Positions 38,362-49,664 of a DNA stretch of 64,000 nucleotides are shown here, piece by piece; positions within the stretch are counted from its first letter, which is position 1; each line of letters begins with the position of its first letter. Origin of the DNA: Monocercomonoides exilis PA203 (lineage: Eukaryota > Protista > Preaxostyla); assembly GCA_001643675.2 (NCBI GenBank), contig LSRY02000036.1, positions 744,001 through 808,000 on the forward strand. The letters are read 5' to 3'. The position numbers and the translations under genes were made by a program. The notes under the pieces were generated by a model, which was not told where the DNA came from, did not search any database, and was given only the letters and a program-made list of their open reading frames with translations.

Positions 38362-41300
38362 TCACTTGTTTTTCTTCGACTCTCTCGAATCAAAGAGCGA
38401 CGTCTTCCGCTCTTTCTTCTCGAGTCTCCGTCTCGCCTCAATCTTGTAGTTCTCCTGATACAATTTTGTGAAGTCTGACTTGAACAGCATTCCACAATAC
38501 CTCCCTTGCTTTGTCACAATGCAGAAAGAAAGAGCCATCAGATTGAAAATAGCATTCGCTTTGGAAAGAGGCATCGATGCATCCATTGAAAAAGGAGCAG
38601 GGTCTATCAAAACAAGCTCAGTGCGCATTTCAATCGTTGCCAGATCGGCATCATTGATCTCCATCTCCCGATACTTCGGCTTCACTCTGTTGGGAATCGT
38701 CTGGATCTGAGTGCTTGATTCATTGGCTGTTTCTGTTGAAGAAGAAGAAGAAGATGATGATGATGATGAAGAAGAGGAAGAAGTTGATGTTGATGTTGAG
38801 GATGAGGTTGATGCTGCAGTTTCGCCTTGATCCTTCACCTCTGTAAATCCACTTGCATTGATAACACCGTCCTTCAGCCCCGACATCATCAGTCTCTTTG
38901 CCCGCTCTTTCACAGCCTGCCTTCGCTGGGCAGCTCTCATGGCAGCCATCTTCTTCTTTGCAGCCATCGACACCTCTCCTTTGGATGAGACAGGTGTTGG
39001 TGGAACAGGAGTGCTAGGTAGTGCAGCAGTAGAGGCAGAAGAAGAAGAGGAGGATGTTGTTGTTGAAGATGAAGCAGCACCTTCTGTGTGAAGTGCAGCA
39101 GATGAGCCGAGTGTGGCAAAGGACGACAGCATCTGAAGGCCAGCGCGGTTTGTGCTGGGTGAGTTGGCAGAGGTCATCTGAAGATACGAGAGCGATGGCT
39201 GGGAAATTAGATGGTCTCCTACAAGCACCGATGGAGAGTCATCAACGATGACAAGAGGAGGAGGCAGGCCTTGGTACTTTTGGATGGCTGTGGGGTTGTC
39301 CAGAACAATTGGTGCAGCCTGTGGAGTAGTGGCAGGTGTTGTTGATGAGCGTATCTTTGAATCGGAGATGCTGCTGTTCCCAAGCGATGCTGTTGATGGA
39401 GAGGAGGAGGCTGAGAGAGTGTCAGATTGATTCATTGGATCAGGGGAGCCGTGTAATGACTCTGCTATGGGAGAGGAGGAGATGGAAGAAGAAGAAGACG
39501 CCATGGCTGTATCAGTCGTTGATGGCGTCTGCGCAAGTGATGAGAGCATTGGAGAGGTTGAAGGCAGAGACGAGGGAGAAAGAAGAGGAGCAGTTGAAGT
39601 CGCACCTAAGCTTGCGGAGATAGAGAACGACGGGGACAACGGGGAAGGTGATTTCTGTGTTGAACTGACAGACTCGTTCAAGCCAACAACCTTCGGGGTG
39701 AGTAGAACAGTGTGTGGAGTGGCGAATCCCCGTGCAATCTGCTCTTCATTCGATGAGGAAGAGAGCGAAGACGATGGCTTCTTCAGAAGCTCTTTGTACT
39801 GTCCAGACTCATTTGCTGTCTGAATAACCTTCGATGCATACGGCAGCGCCCCAACTTTCGTCTTCAGCATCTCCATTCTTTCATGCCCAGTCATGAAACT
39901 CATTGTCGGTGACGATGCAAGTGAAGTCAGCGACCTTGTTGAAGATACACGCGAGATGGATGAGACAGCATTTGGATGAGGAGTGCTCTGACTGGCACGT
40001 GAAGCTGTGTCTGACAAGCTGCCTTCTCCTCCATCGCCTCCAGTTGCACCAATAAATGGTGTCGATCCACGTGGCGCTTCCTTGCCATCAATACCATAGC
40101 CAGCGTGCTGGTTGTTCTTGAAGAACGTGTCAAGAACAATCGGCTCGTCATTCACAGCAATCATAATCGCATTCTCCAGAAGTCTTCTGTTGTTCAGCAG
40201 ATGCTCCAGCGAAGGCACGGTGACTGCCCCAACCAGAAATGGCTCCTGTTCTGAGTGCACAAGTGGCACACACGAACACGACAGCGCCTTTGCAGTCACA
40301 ACAGTGTCTTTGATCTTTCTGAGCGTTGTCTTTTGTGTCAAATAGAACTTCTTTGTGTTCATCAGCGACTCTGCTGTGAACTGGCCAGGCTTGATGGAGT
40401 CGGGCAGCTGTGGGGATATGTACGGGATGTTACGGAACTTGGTGATCATTGTGAAGAGTGAGTCTCCACAGGCAACAGAAGTAAAGTGGCCAACAAGACT
40501 TCCCAGCACACACGCAAGAGAGATGTTGGGCATTTGAGACACTTCCATCAGGACAAGTGCAGGAGAGATGGTTTGTGTGGCTGCTGCCAGGAATGCTGCT
40601 GCTCCACAAGCAGAGTAGATAGACTGGCAGTTGAAGTGCTCAGGAGAGGCTAAATGGAGGAGCTCGCCAATGAGCCTTCCCAACAGAGAGCCAGACACAA
40701 GTGAGGGCATCACAATACCTGCGGGCACAGCCAGCTGCATGCACAAAGGCATCACAAACAGCTTGATCAGCGTGCACAGCGCCAGGTTGCCGACAGGACC
40801 GATCCTTCCTCCCCACGTCGACTGCATCGACTTTGGCAAGTTGGCATCCAGCATCGACATGAACAGCCCTGCTCCGCCTGTGCCAGGTGGCGCAAATGAC
40901 TCGTATGGGATCGTCAGCCCCGCGTTGATTGCTGCAATCACGAGCACAATCAGATACCGTCTGTATGTGTTCTTGAAGTGGAGTCCAACAGACTTGAACC
41001 AGTCGATGATGTAGTCAGAGACAGACTTTGATGAGCCAGCTTTCTTCTTCTTTGCCGATTGGCGTGCAGAAGAAGGTGCCTGCTTGATGACAACCTTCAA
41101 CCGCTTTGCTGGCTTCTTCACTGTTTGCACCTTGTCGAGCTCTTCGTCTTCTCTGCTTTCGGGCACGGGGGTGCTGGCTGAAGCAGTTGCTCCGATGAAG
41201 TCCGGAATGGTTTCTGAGGGGAAGTCGAGCGAGGTCAGCTTCTTCTCGCCTGTCGCACGTGCAAAGCCATAACGCTCGAATCTTCGGTATGCAGTGGCAG

Positions 41301-42593
41301 CATGTTTGGCCATGCGGATGAAGAAAGCAGCGAACAAGCCGACGATCAGCCCAGTCACGATAAACAGAGGATAGTCATAGAGCTCGGCTTTCTGCTGGTG
41401 CTCTGGGGCTTCTCCAAGAGGGGAATAGTCGATGAACCACAACAGACTGGGTGAAGAAAAAAATTATAGGAGGAGCGTGGGAGAGAGAAATTATAACCAA
41501 GAGCATAATGAATGCAATATGGAATTAAGAATCGATGCGAAAAAATAAAAGATGAAAAAAGTAATTTCAAAGACAAAAAATATATATATATAAGCACCAT
41601 AATCCATGCATATAATCCCATCAAAACACACCGAAACACGAAACCGGAAAAAGCAGCCGCGAAAAATGTTCTTCCATAATTTTTTGTCAGAAAGACATCT
41701 GAAGTCAGCTCGATGGAAAAAAGCACTCCTCCAACAGGAGAATACATTGTGGCAGCCATTCCCACTGCAACAGCAAATGCAAGTGTTGTTCGTTTGATAG
41801 ACTCTGTTTCAAGAAAGTTCCTGAAAACAGGAATTTTGGACATCAGCAGATAGCATGTTATAAATGAAACGGATGTGATTGGTCCAACACGCCCAACGTA
41901 TAGTCCACTCGAAATAGCCAACATGCATCCAAAGGCCTTTGCTAGCAACGCTCTAAACGTTAAAAATTGTGGAAACGGAACACCACTAAGGATTGCTTTG
42001 ACTTCTGGGATCCCAGAGCCAGAACCAGCCGCAGGTGACAAAGCGGCAGTGGCAATTCCAGAAATAACTCCAAGAATAACAGAATAAAGCATATGGCACA
42101 AGATTTTCTGTCCTTGCGTATTGCAAAGAGATAGGAAATAAGACTTTAATTTGCTGAAAGCGTATGTAATCATCCAATCTTGGAAAAATGAAATAAGTGT
42201 AGCAGTTGCAGCCATGAGGCACAAAAATAAAACAAGTTGCAGTGTTGGATGCCTACTAAAAAATGCATAGGCTCCGGTAAATCGAGAAGATCTTATATTT
42301 TTCGTTTTATCTTTTTCAACGGCTTTCAAAGCATATTTTTGAATTTCGCCCAGTTGCATATTTGTCACTCCTTGCTTCGTTGCTTCATCACTAATTTCCC
42401 TTGCTTTTTCATAAAATAGGTCTTGCCTGTTCGATTCTATATTGCGCTCCTTCATACCAATTTTTTGTTTTAATGCAAATTCTGCAAACCGCTCTGGAAT
42501 AAAGCCCGATAAAATTGGAACATCCAGACACATAACCCCAACTATAGGATCTCCAACATCTTCAGTTATATGTTGCGTTTGCTTCGTTGTCAT
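38362..42593 (-). CDS. CLC-family chloride channel with two CBS domains; exons 42593-41632 and 41446-38362 (~1348 aa)
   Basis: Motifs GSGIPEVKAIL, GRVGP, GGVLFSIEL, VPAGIVMPSL..G..GRLIGE and GAAAFLAAATQTIS; CBS1 (TAESLM...VPLV..LVG) and CBS2 (IDPAPF...FCIVTKQGRYCGML). A phase-2 intron gives FVFRLLWF. Confidence 0.93.
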
Positions 42594-42697
42594 CCGACAA
42601 AAAAATCAAACGGAAAAACTTTTTTAAACTGATCTGTTTCCATACTCGCATTCATTATTTCGCAAGAATTTTTATTTTTTGTGTTTTATTTGCTGAA

Positions 42698-43314
42698 ATG
42701 AGTGTACCTCAAGATGAGCAACATGTTTGAATTAAAGTTACTTATTTTTTACACATATTACTAAATTTGTTTTGTCCTTTAATGCAAAGAGCATGATTCA
42801 GAGGCAAATGCCGAAAGCAAAGCCGGAAAAAATAGATTCGATTAAATCTAATTCATTTCATATGATCATTATTTTACAACTAACTCAAGAGCTTGAGTCT
42901 CGTACTTTTTATCACTTTATGACACTTGACGAAGGGCTGAAAGGCATGAGTTTTTGACTTTTTCATAAATTCATTTTCAACTTATGTGCAAAACGAAACT
43001 TTGATTAAATTATAGCAATGTATACATTATTTATGTCATGTCAAAATCATCTGAAGAATCCAGGCAAACCTCTTCCGGATCCTTTACCTTCAGCAAATTG
43101 GGAGGATATTGAAACATTTTTTCATGAACTTCCAGATTTTGCTGCATTTGTTATTGATGCAACAATTGGTTTAATCTTTTCTTCTTCTTTAACACGTTTT
43201 TATTCTGAAACTTTTAATCATTATTTATCAACAGGAGGGTATCGCAGTTTTAATCAGTCATGGCTGTGCAATGAATTATATCAATATCTCTATCCAAATG
43301 ACCCATCGCCTTGA
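42698..43314 (+). CDS. ERH: Enhancer of rudimentary homolog; exons 42698-42724, 42790-42943, 43016-43168, 43235-43314
   Basis: The spliced product HMIIILQLTQELESRTFYHFMTLDEGLKAMYTLF..NP..DIETFFHELPDFAAFVID..GGYRSFNQSWLCNELY parallels ERH ([61 protein letters not shown]). Confidence 0.78.
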
Positions 43315-43555
43315 AATATTTTTTTCAAGAAAGTAGTTTATATCATTTATGTATAATTAGATATTTGTGATTTTAAAGAAATTGATTTGTTTGTATTTTC
43401 TTTCCGTTTTTTTCGTCTTTTGTTAAATTTGCTTATATATGGTTTTTCTAACTGATTTGTTGGGAATACATTATTTCAAAGAATTATTCATCTGTGATAA
43501 TTCTTTCCTTTCTTTGTAATTTTTCGAATAGCCTATAAAGGTACAAGATCAAAAA

Positions 43556-45283
43556 ATGTTGAAATTATTGTTTTTGTTGAGTTCGGCTTTTTGTACGCTA
43601 AATTATAAAAAAGGCCAAGTTTTTACTTATAAATATGATTCAAGAGTGGACATTAAGGCAGTTGAAGATGATGGAACAAAGGGAGCTTCAACTCAAGACA
43701 TTGTTTGTGATGTCTTCATAAAAGTCCTCGAAGTTAAATCTTCATCTTACTTGATGCAAATGGATCTTAAAAATGCTGCTATTGTTTCACATCTTGGTAA
43801 AGAGAGCGAAAGAGGACAAAAGGACAAGAACACGGAACAGTATATTTCAAGACCATTACTGTTTGAACAGTCAAAATCTGGTACAATTTACAATGTCCAT
43901 GCCCATGCAAGTGATTACGAGGATGCAATTGAGATGAAAACAGGTATTCTCAATCAATTTAGATCGTCAGCTCCTGCAAAATTGGATGCATTTGGTGCTG
44001 AATTCACTACTGAAGAAGTGATCGATAATCAAGGATACCACTATGAATATGTGGAGACTGAAAGACGTGACGATATGTTGATTGTGAGAAGTCAATATTG
44101 CGAAGATGACTTTATTGGATTTGTAGATTCCAAGGCAACAGCTGATCAGATTGATTTGGATGTTGTAAACGAGCAACAGATTCAAAGCGGAATGATTGTT
44201 AACTCTCATTCGGAAATGACAGTTGTTTTAAATAAAGGAGAATCCATTTCAAATGGAGAAGGTGAATCAACAGATATTGTTTCAACAGGACAAGCAAACA
44301 TGCGTTTTCTTTCAAAAAGTACTTCAAATGATGATGGAGAAGATTACGAGGATCTAGATGATTTCATTAACAAAATTAATGAAGATTATAGACCCATTTC
44401 ATACATGACAAAAGAGTGGTACGAATCTAGAGAGAAAGAATCAGAGTTTGCTTCAATTGAAGAAGATGAAGGAATATTTGGTGCATCAAGTACCTGCCCC
44501 TCTGCTCTTACACTTTGCAAGGGCTTTGATAAAAGTTGGACAGTGGGAAACAGGAATGTTGGTTTAAAATTGAGCGCTAGAGCACTTGCAGGAGTTACAA
44601 AAGAATGCAAGATCGAATCAAGAAGCTACATGGTGGGAGCCTATGCATCAATTGATATTCTTATTTTGAAGAAAACAGTCAGCGCTGTTAACGCAATAGC
44701 TGAATATGGACTTCTTGACGGTTCACCTTCAAGAAACATGGTCGAACTGAAATTGTTCAATAAAGTGATCTATCAAAAGAAATTCCCATGGAAAGAATGT
44801 GTTTATGACTCAGTAACTTTGTGCCAATACACTCGTGACTTTTCAGTTGGATTCTCGATTCATATTTTGGTTGTTAAGATCAAATTCCTAATTGGAATAG
44901 AATTAGGCTTCAAGACAGAATTGAAATACAAAATGTGCCTTCAACAGCTAACAGCATCAATCACTTTTGTTCCATCAGCGTCTGCATCTTTGCATGGTGG
45001 AGCCGAAGCAAGCGTTATCGTTGTCAAAGCTGGAATTGAGCTTCGCGGTACAATTTCCGACAATTTGGACCCGACAGCATACATTGATGGCAATCAGTGT
45101 CGTGTCGGATTTTCTATGTATAACACCTTCAGTCCAATTGAAGCATCGCTTCAGGGTTACTACTGCTTCCGTAAGTTGAAGTTCAAGCACTGGAAGCTCA
45201 AGTTCACTTGGGGTAAGAAACATGCACTGAAGATCTGGTCTCATAAATGGGGAGGATCCAGAACAAAAATTATTGACATGTAA
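43556..45283 (+). CDS. Secreted beta-rich protein, possibly with a vitellogenin/MTP N-terminal beta-barrel-like lipid-transport fold
   Basis: Intronless 575 aa ORF with signal peptide MLKLLFLLSSAFC. The start YKKGQVFTYKYDSRV and ISRPLLFEQSKSGTI resemble the LLT N-terminal sheet. An acidic linker precedes a basic, Cys-containing amphipathic-strand C-terminal half. Confidence 0.55.
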   Translation: MLKLLFLLSSAFCTLNYKKGQVFTYKYDSRVDIKAVEDDGTKGASTQDIVCDVFIKVLEVKSSSYLMQMDLKNAAIVSHLGKESERGQKDKNTEQYISRPLLFEQSKSGTIYNVHAHASDYEDAIEMKTGILNQFRSSAPAKLDAFGAEFTTEEVIDNQGYHYEYVETERRDDMLIVRSQYCEDDFIGFVDSKATADQIDLDVVNEQQIQSGMIVNSHSEMTVVLNKGESISNGEGESTDIVSTGQANMRFLSKSTSNDDGEDYEDLDDFINKINEDYRPISYMTKEWYESREKESEFASIEEDEGIFGASSTCPSALTLCKGFDKSWTVGNRNVGLKLSARALAGVTKECKIESRSYMVGAYASIDILILKKTVSAVNAIAEYGLLDGSPSRNMVELKLFNKVIYQKKFPWKECVYDSVTLCQYTRDFSVGFSIHILVVKIKFLIGIELGFKTELKYKMCLQQLTASITFVPSASASLHGGAEASVIVVKAGIELRGTISDNLDPTAYIDGNQCRVGFSMYNTFSPIEASLQGYYCFRKLKFKHWKLKFTWGKKHALKIWSHKWGGSRTKIIDM

Positions 45284-45782
45284 AAAAAAGTGGTAATAAA
45301 CTTTCTCAAAGATGATTCATTGTTTGGGAAATGGATTGTCCTCAAAAGAACACAAAAGTAGTATAGCTTTGCTCGAGTTCTATGTATAGCAGCATATATT
45401 GATATTTTATTTGAGGTTTTTTTTTATTCATGTTAGATAGTCGGTAGAATTATTGCTTTAGAATATTCTTCTGTTTCATGTGGATGGGGATTTTTCCGAG
45501 ATCTTTAAGAAATGTTTTTTTTCTTATACGTATAAAAGAATCCCTGCATCCAAAATCTGTTGATGATTTTTTAGCTTTTTATTTTGGATTTTAATTTTCA
45601 TCGAATATAACTTAAAGCAATGAGTTGTTATTTCTACAATAATAATTGCTTTTTATTGAAAGATTTTATTCTGAAATGACATATTCAAAAGAAATAAAAA
45701 AAATAAAAATTATAAGTACAAATAAAACAAAGAACATAAATTCTTTGGTAAAGTTATTGAAGTTCTCAACTCGAATCGAATT

Positions 45783-48700
45783 TCATTCACCTTTTGATTG
45801 CACACTTGCTTCATCCACATAAACATAATCCTTTGATGCCTGCGACTCAGAGCTGGTGCTGTCGTCGATCGAAAAGTCTTCATCTCCTCTTCCTCCGCCT
45901 CCACTGCTTCTGACCCCAGCCAAGTAGATTGTGTCTGCCTTCCGCTTGAAGATGCGGCTCTGCATAACACACCGCCAGACAAATGGAACCAGAAATTCTC
46001 CAACAGGCCCTGTCTCCTCGAATGTGTACTCTGAAATCTCCACTTTCTGATACTCCTTCTTCTTTCTTCTGTATTGCTTGTCTGCATCATGCACTGTTCC
46101 TCCATTCACATCCAGCACATTCTCGTTCTCCAGGTCACTTCCCCATCCAGCACGGACAATCCCCAGCATCGTCTCCATCGATACTATTGCTCCATCATCA
46201 CCCTCGCTGTTGCCACTTTCATAGCTTCCTTCTCCTCCAGTTCCACTTCGTCTGTCTCCTGACACCCCCTTTTCTCTTCTCTTCTCTTTCAGACTCTGCT
46301 TCTGCCCTGCCAGCGCAGAGGAAGGCATCAAAGATCCCCTCTTTGCTGCAAAGTCGTCGTCAAGGAGAGAGAAAGGCGTGGTGGTTGTGAGCAGATCGCG
46401 TATGAATATGTTCTGGTGGGTGTCAGCAGCTGACCGGGAAGAAGAAGAAAACGAGTTTCTGAGCGGAGACTCAACAGCTGCTGTGAATGGAGAAGAGGGC
46501 TGGCTGTGTGAAGATGTCCCACCCAATGGTGAGTGTGTGAGAGAGAAGGAAGAAGAGTTGCGAAGATGTGGCGGACGATCCAACTGAGAGGAAGGCGATG
46601 GAATTGAAGGATGTGGTTGGGTCGAAACGTTTGGTTGTACCATCGAATGGAAAAGCCTTCCTCTGTTCTGATAGGCTGACTGTGTTGCCTTTGCCTCTTC
46701 CTGTTCTCTTTCAGAGGCAGAAAATTGGAGCAGATCTGAGCTGATGGACATCTCAGCAGTGTCAAGTGAGGCATAATCTTCCCACTTGTTTTCAAAGCCA
46801 ATGCGGACGGCGCTTGGAAGAGAAGGCGGTTTGAATGAGATGGAAGAGGAGGTTAAATACTTTCTTTCTGTTTTGGAGCGTGAGAAGGATCTTGTTGGGC
46901 TTTTCTTTCGAGTGATGTTTGAATGTTGCATTGTTGATGGGGTGTTGGAAGAAGGAATTTGAGATGCTTGTGATGAAGGAGATGCAAAAACTGCTGGCTT
47001 TTCTGAAGATGACTCAACAGTATTCTCCTTCTTTTCTTGCTCTTGTTGTTGTTCTGTCTGTGATTCTGTCTTGTCTTCTTTCTGAACATTCTCTTCCTTT
47101 TTGCCATCTTCCGCTTTCTCCTTTTCTTTCTCCTCCTTCAACCCATGTGCCCTTATCACAGCAAGTGGAATTTGAGTGATTTTGGAGGATGTGATGCCAT
47201 ACACCTCACCTGCTGTATATGCACCTTGAGGAGTCATCCCATCCCTCGCAAAGGAGAGGGACATGCCAACATTGTCAAATGCACCACTGGTTCTTCTGGC
47301 TGTGCTGTTGTCTGATGCTGAGCGGGAGTCGGATTGGAAGGCGTTTGCGTTAACAGACGCAGCAGGAATCGCAGAATTTGGGAAAAGCTGTCTGCAAACA
47401 GACACGAAATGAGAGATGACAAGGCGGATGTTGTTGATGAAAGGAGCAACAGAGACGAAGAGATGGGGGTACAATTCGACAGGGTGGAAGAAAGAGGAGC
47501 GGTGGTAGATGAGGAGGCAGACGAGGTGAGGGTTGCGCTGGATGGAGAGGACAGGGAAGAGGGCAGCATGAAGCACTTGGAGCACCAAATGAAGCAGTTT
47601 GTTGTTGTATGTCTTCTCGTCGTTTAAGATGGCTGCTTTGAGGAGCATCGCCTGGAAGGAGGAGATGGCAGAAGGGATGGAGGCAGCAGGAGGGAGAGGA
47701 GTGGAAGAAGAGGGGAGAGAAGAAGGAGAAGACTCAGAGGGAGAAGAGGGAGAAATGCAGTTGTTGTAAGGGAGTGATGAAAGTGAAGGAAGGGAAGGAA
47801 GATAAGAAGGAAGGGAAGGAGAGGCGAGAGAGAAAGGGATGGAAAGGGTGGGAGTGTTGGAGAGGGTGATTGAAGTGGACGGGGTGAAGCGGGAGGAGAA
47901 GGAAAGAGCGGGCGTGATGAAAGGGGAGATGGATGGCGTGGCTGAAGGGAGGCCGGGGGAGAGAGGGTAAGTGTAGTTGAAGAGAGAGCCTTGGGACGCA
48001 TTTAATGTCAGTGCGTGTGCTCGTGAATGGGATCGGATGTGGAGAGAGAGGGAATTCGAGTCAGATGCCTCAGACAACACAGTCGCGAGGGAGGAAAGAG
48101 AGGAGATTCGTGGCACTTCGGGTGTTGTTGTGCTCATCTTCAAATTCTTTGCATCGTCTGCACAGAATTCTCTTGGCGACGATGCTTGGTGCTCTTCATC
48201 AGATTTGCTTGTATTTTTAAGCTGAAGTTTGCTGAGTTCAATATTTGTCATTGAAGCCTGTGACAAAATGTCAGAAGAGGAAAAATCTGACTGAGAAGTG
48301 GATGTCAGTGCATTCGGCGATGAGGCAGAAGGAAGTGGTGAGCCTGTCAGTTTGTCCCATTTCTCATAAGATCCCTTCAAGCTTCGTTTTTTCTCTCCCT
48401 TTTCAGCAACATCGCTTGAGCTAACACGATGTGGAGAATAAAACAAGGCAGCTGTGATTGGTATTTCAGACTCAGATGCGATGGATGTGGCAGCAGAGAG
48501 CGAAGGCATCCTCGGAAATGCCCCAGCTGATCCCAGCCGCACAACTGAATGGAGAAGAGAGGCAGCCAGTGAGAGAAGAGCCATGCAAGAGATCGGGTGC
48601 AGCTGTCGGGAGTTTCGTGTGGCATTGACAAGAACAGGCAGAAGGCGTTGTGCGGCTAAGAAGGAGTACTCGTTGTAGCGCTGCTTGTCTGAAAGATACC

Positions 48701-49628
48701 TCATCTGCTTGCCGGCAGGCGATGAGGCATAATAATTATTGTAATTTGTGTTGTTGCCGGCAAACTGTGGAGTTGCCGGCAAAGGTGTAGATGAAGAATT
48801 GGATAATGGCTGAATTGGAGGTTGCGGAGAAAATGAAGGAAAGGGTGATGAAGACACCACTGAAGCAGGCAAAGAGGAATAAGACGATTGATCTGACTGC
48901 TCAGAATCGAATGTTATTTGCTGGAAGTTTCTTGCCTTTTGGTCTAAGTTTGTATTTGGCAGCGTCAGTGGCATTGATGAAGAGCTTTGTTGAGAAGAGG
49001 AAGCCAAATGAATCTGCTGGGTGTGCTTCAAATAGGAGCTTTCTGTGGAACTCCTGAGCTCGATGATGGCATAGCAGAGACAGGCAATGAAGAAGGAGCC
49101 CATTGAGAAGAAGTTGTGGCTGATTAACATCTGCTGCTGGCGGAGAAAATCAGAAGCAGAAGAAGAAGATGATGATGATGATGATGATGAAGATGATTTT
49201 TGTTGTGAGTGAGATGAACCAATGGATGAAGTGTATGGATTGCGTTTCAGAGGAGTTGGAGACAGATCAGGGCATTTAGATCTCTTTGCAGTGTGGATGA
49301 GGAGGAGGGTGATGGAAGAAGGAGGGGTAAGGACAGAGAAGAGATGCGACATGAAGGAGGAGGACTCAGAAAGAACAAGGAGGATGCTGGAGAGGCAGAA
49401 GAGGGCAGGTGGGGAGAGGAGGTGTGGGGCGAAGAGGAGGTGGAGGAGAGAAGGGAACCAGGAACGGACAGAAACAGAGGGGTGGGATGGGATGACAGGG
49501 GTGAGGAGATAAGAGAGAGTGGATGGAGAAGAAGAAGGAGAAGAAGGAGAAGAAGAAGATGATGATGAAGATGATGAAGTGGTGTGGAGATTGAAGGAGG
49601 GAACAAGTGGGGCAAGAGCTGTGGAATG

Positions 49629-49664
<36 letters not shown>

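Noticed and set aside
41355-41631. Hydrophobic C-terminal extension of the 412-aa CLC ORF as extra TM helices
   Set aside because: It is read-through into an AT-rich intron. Splicing out 41631-41447 restores the CLC alignment.
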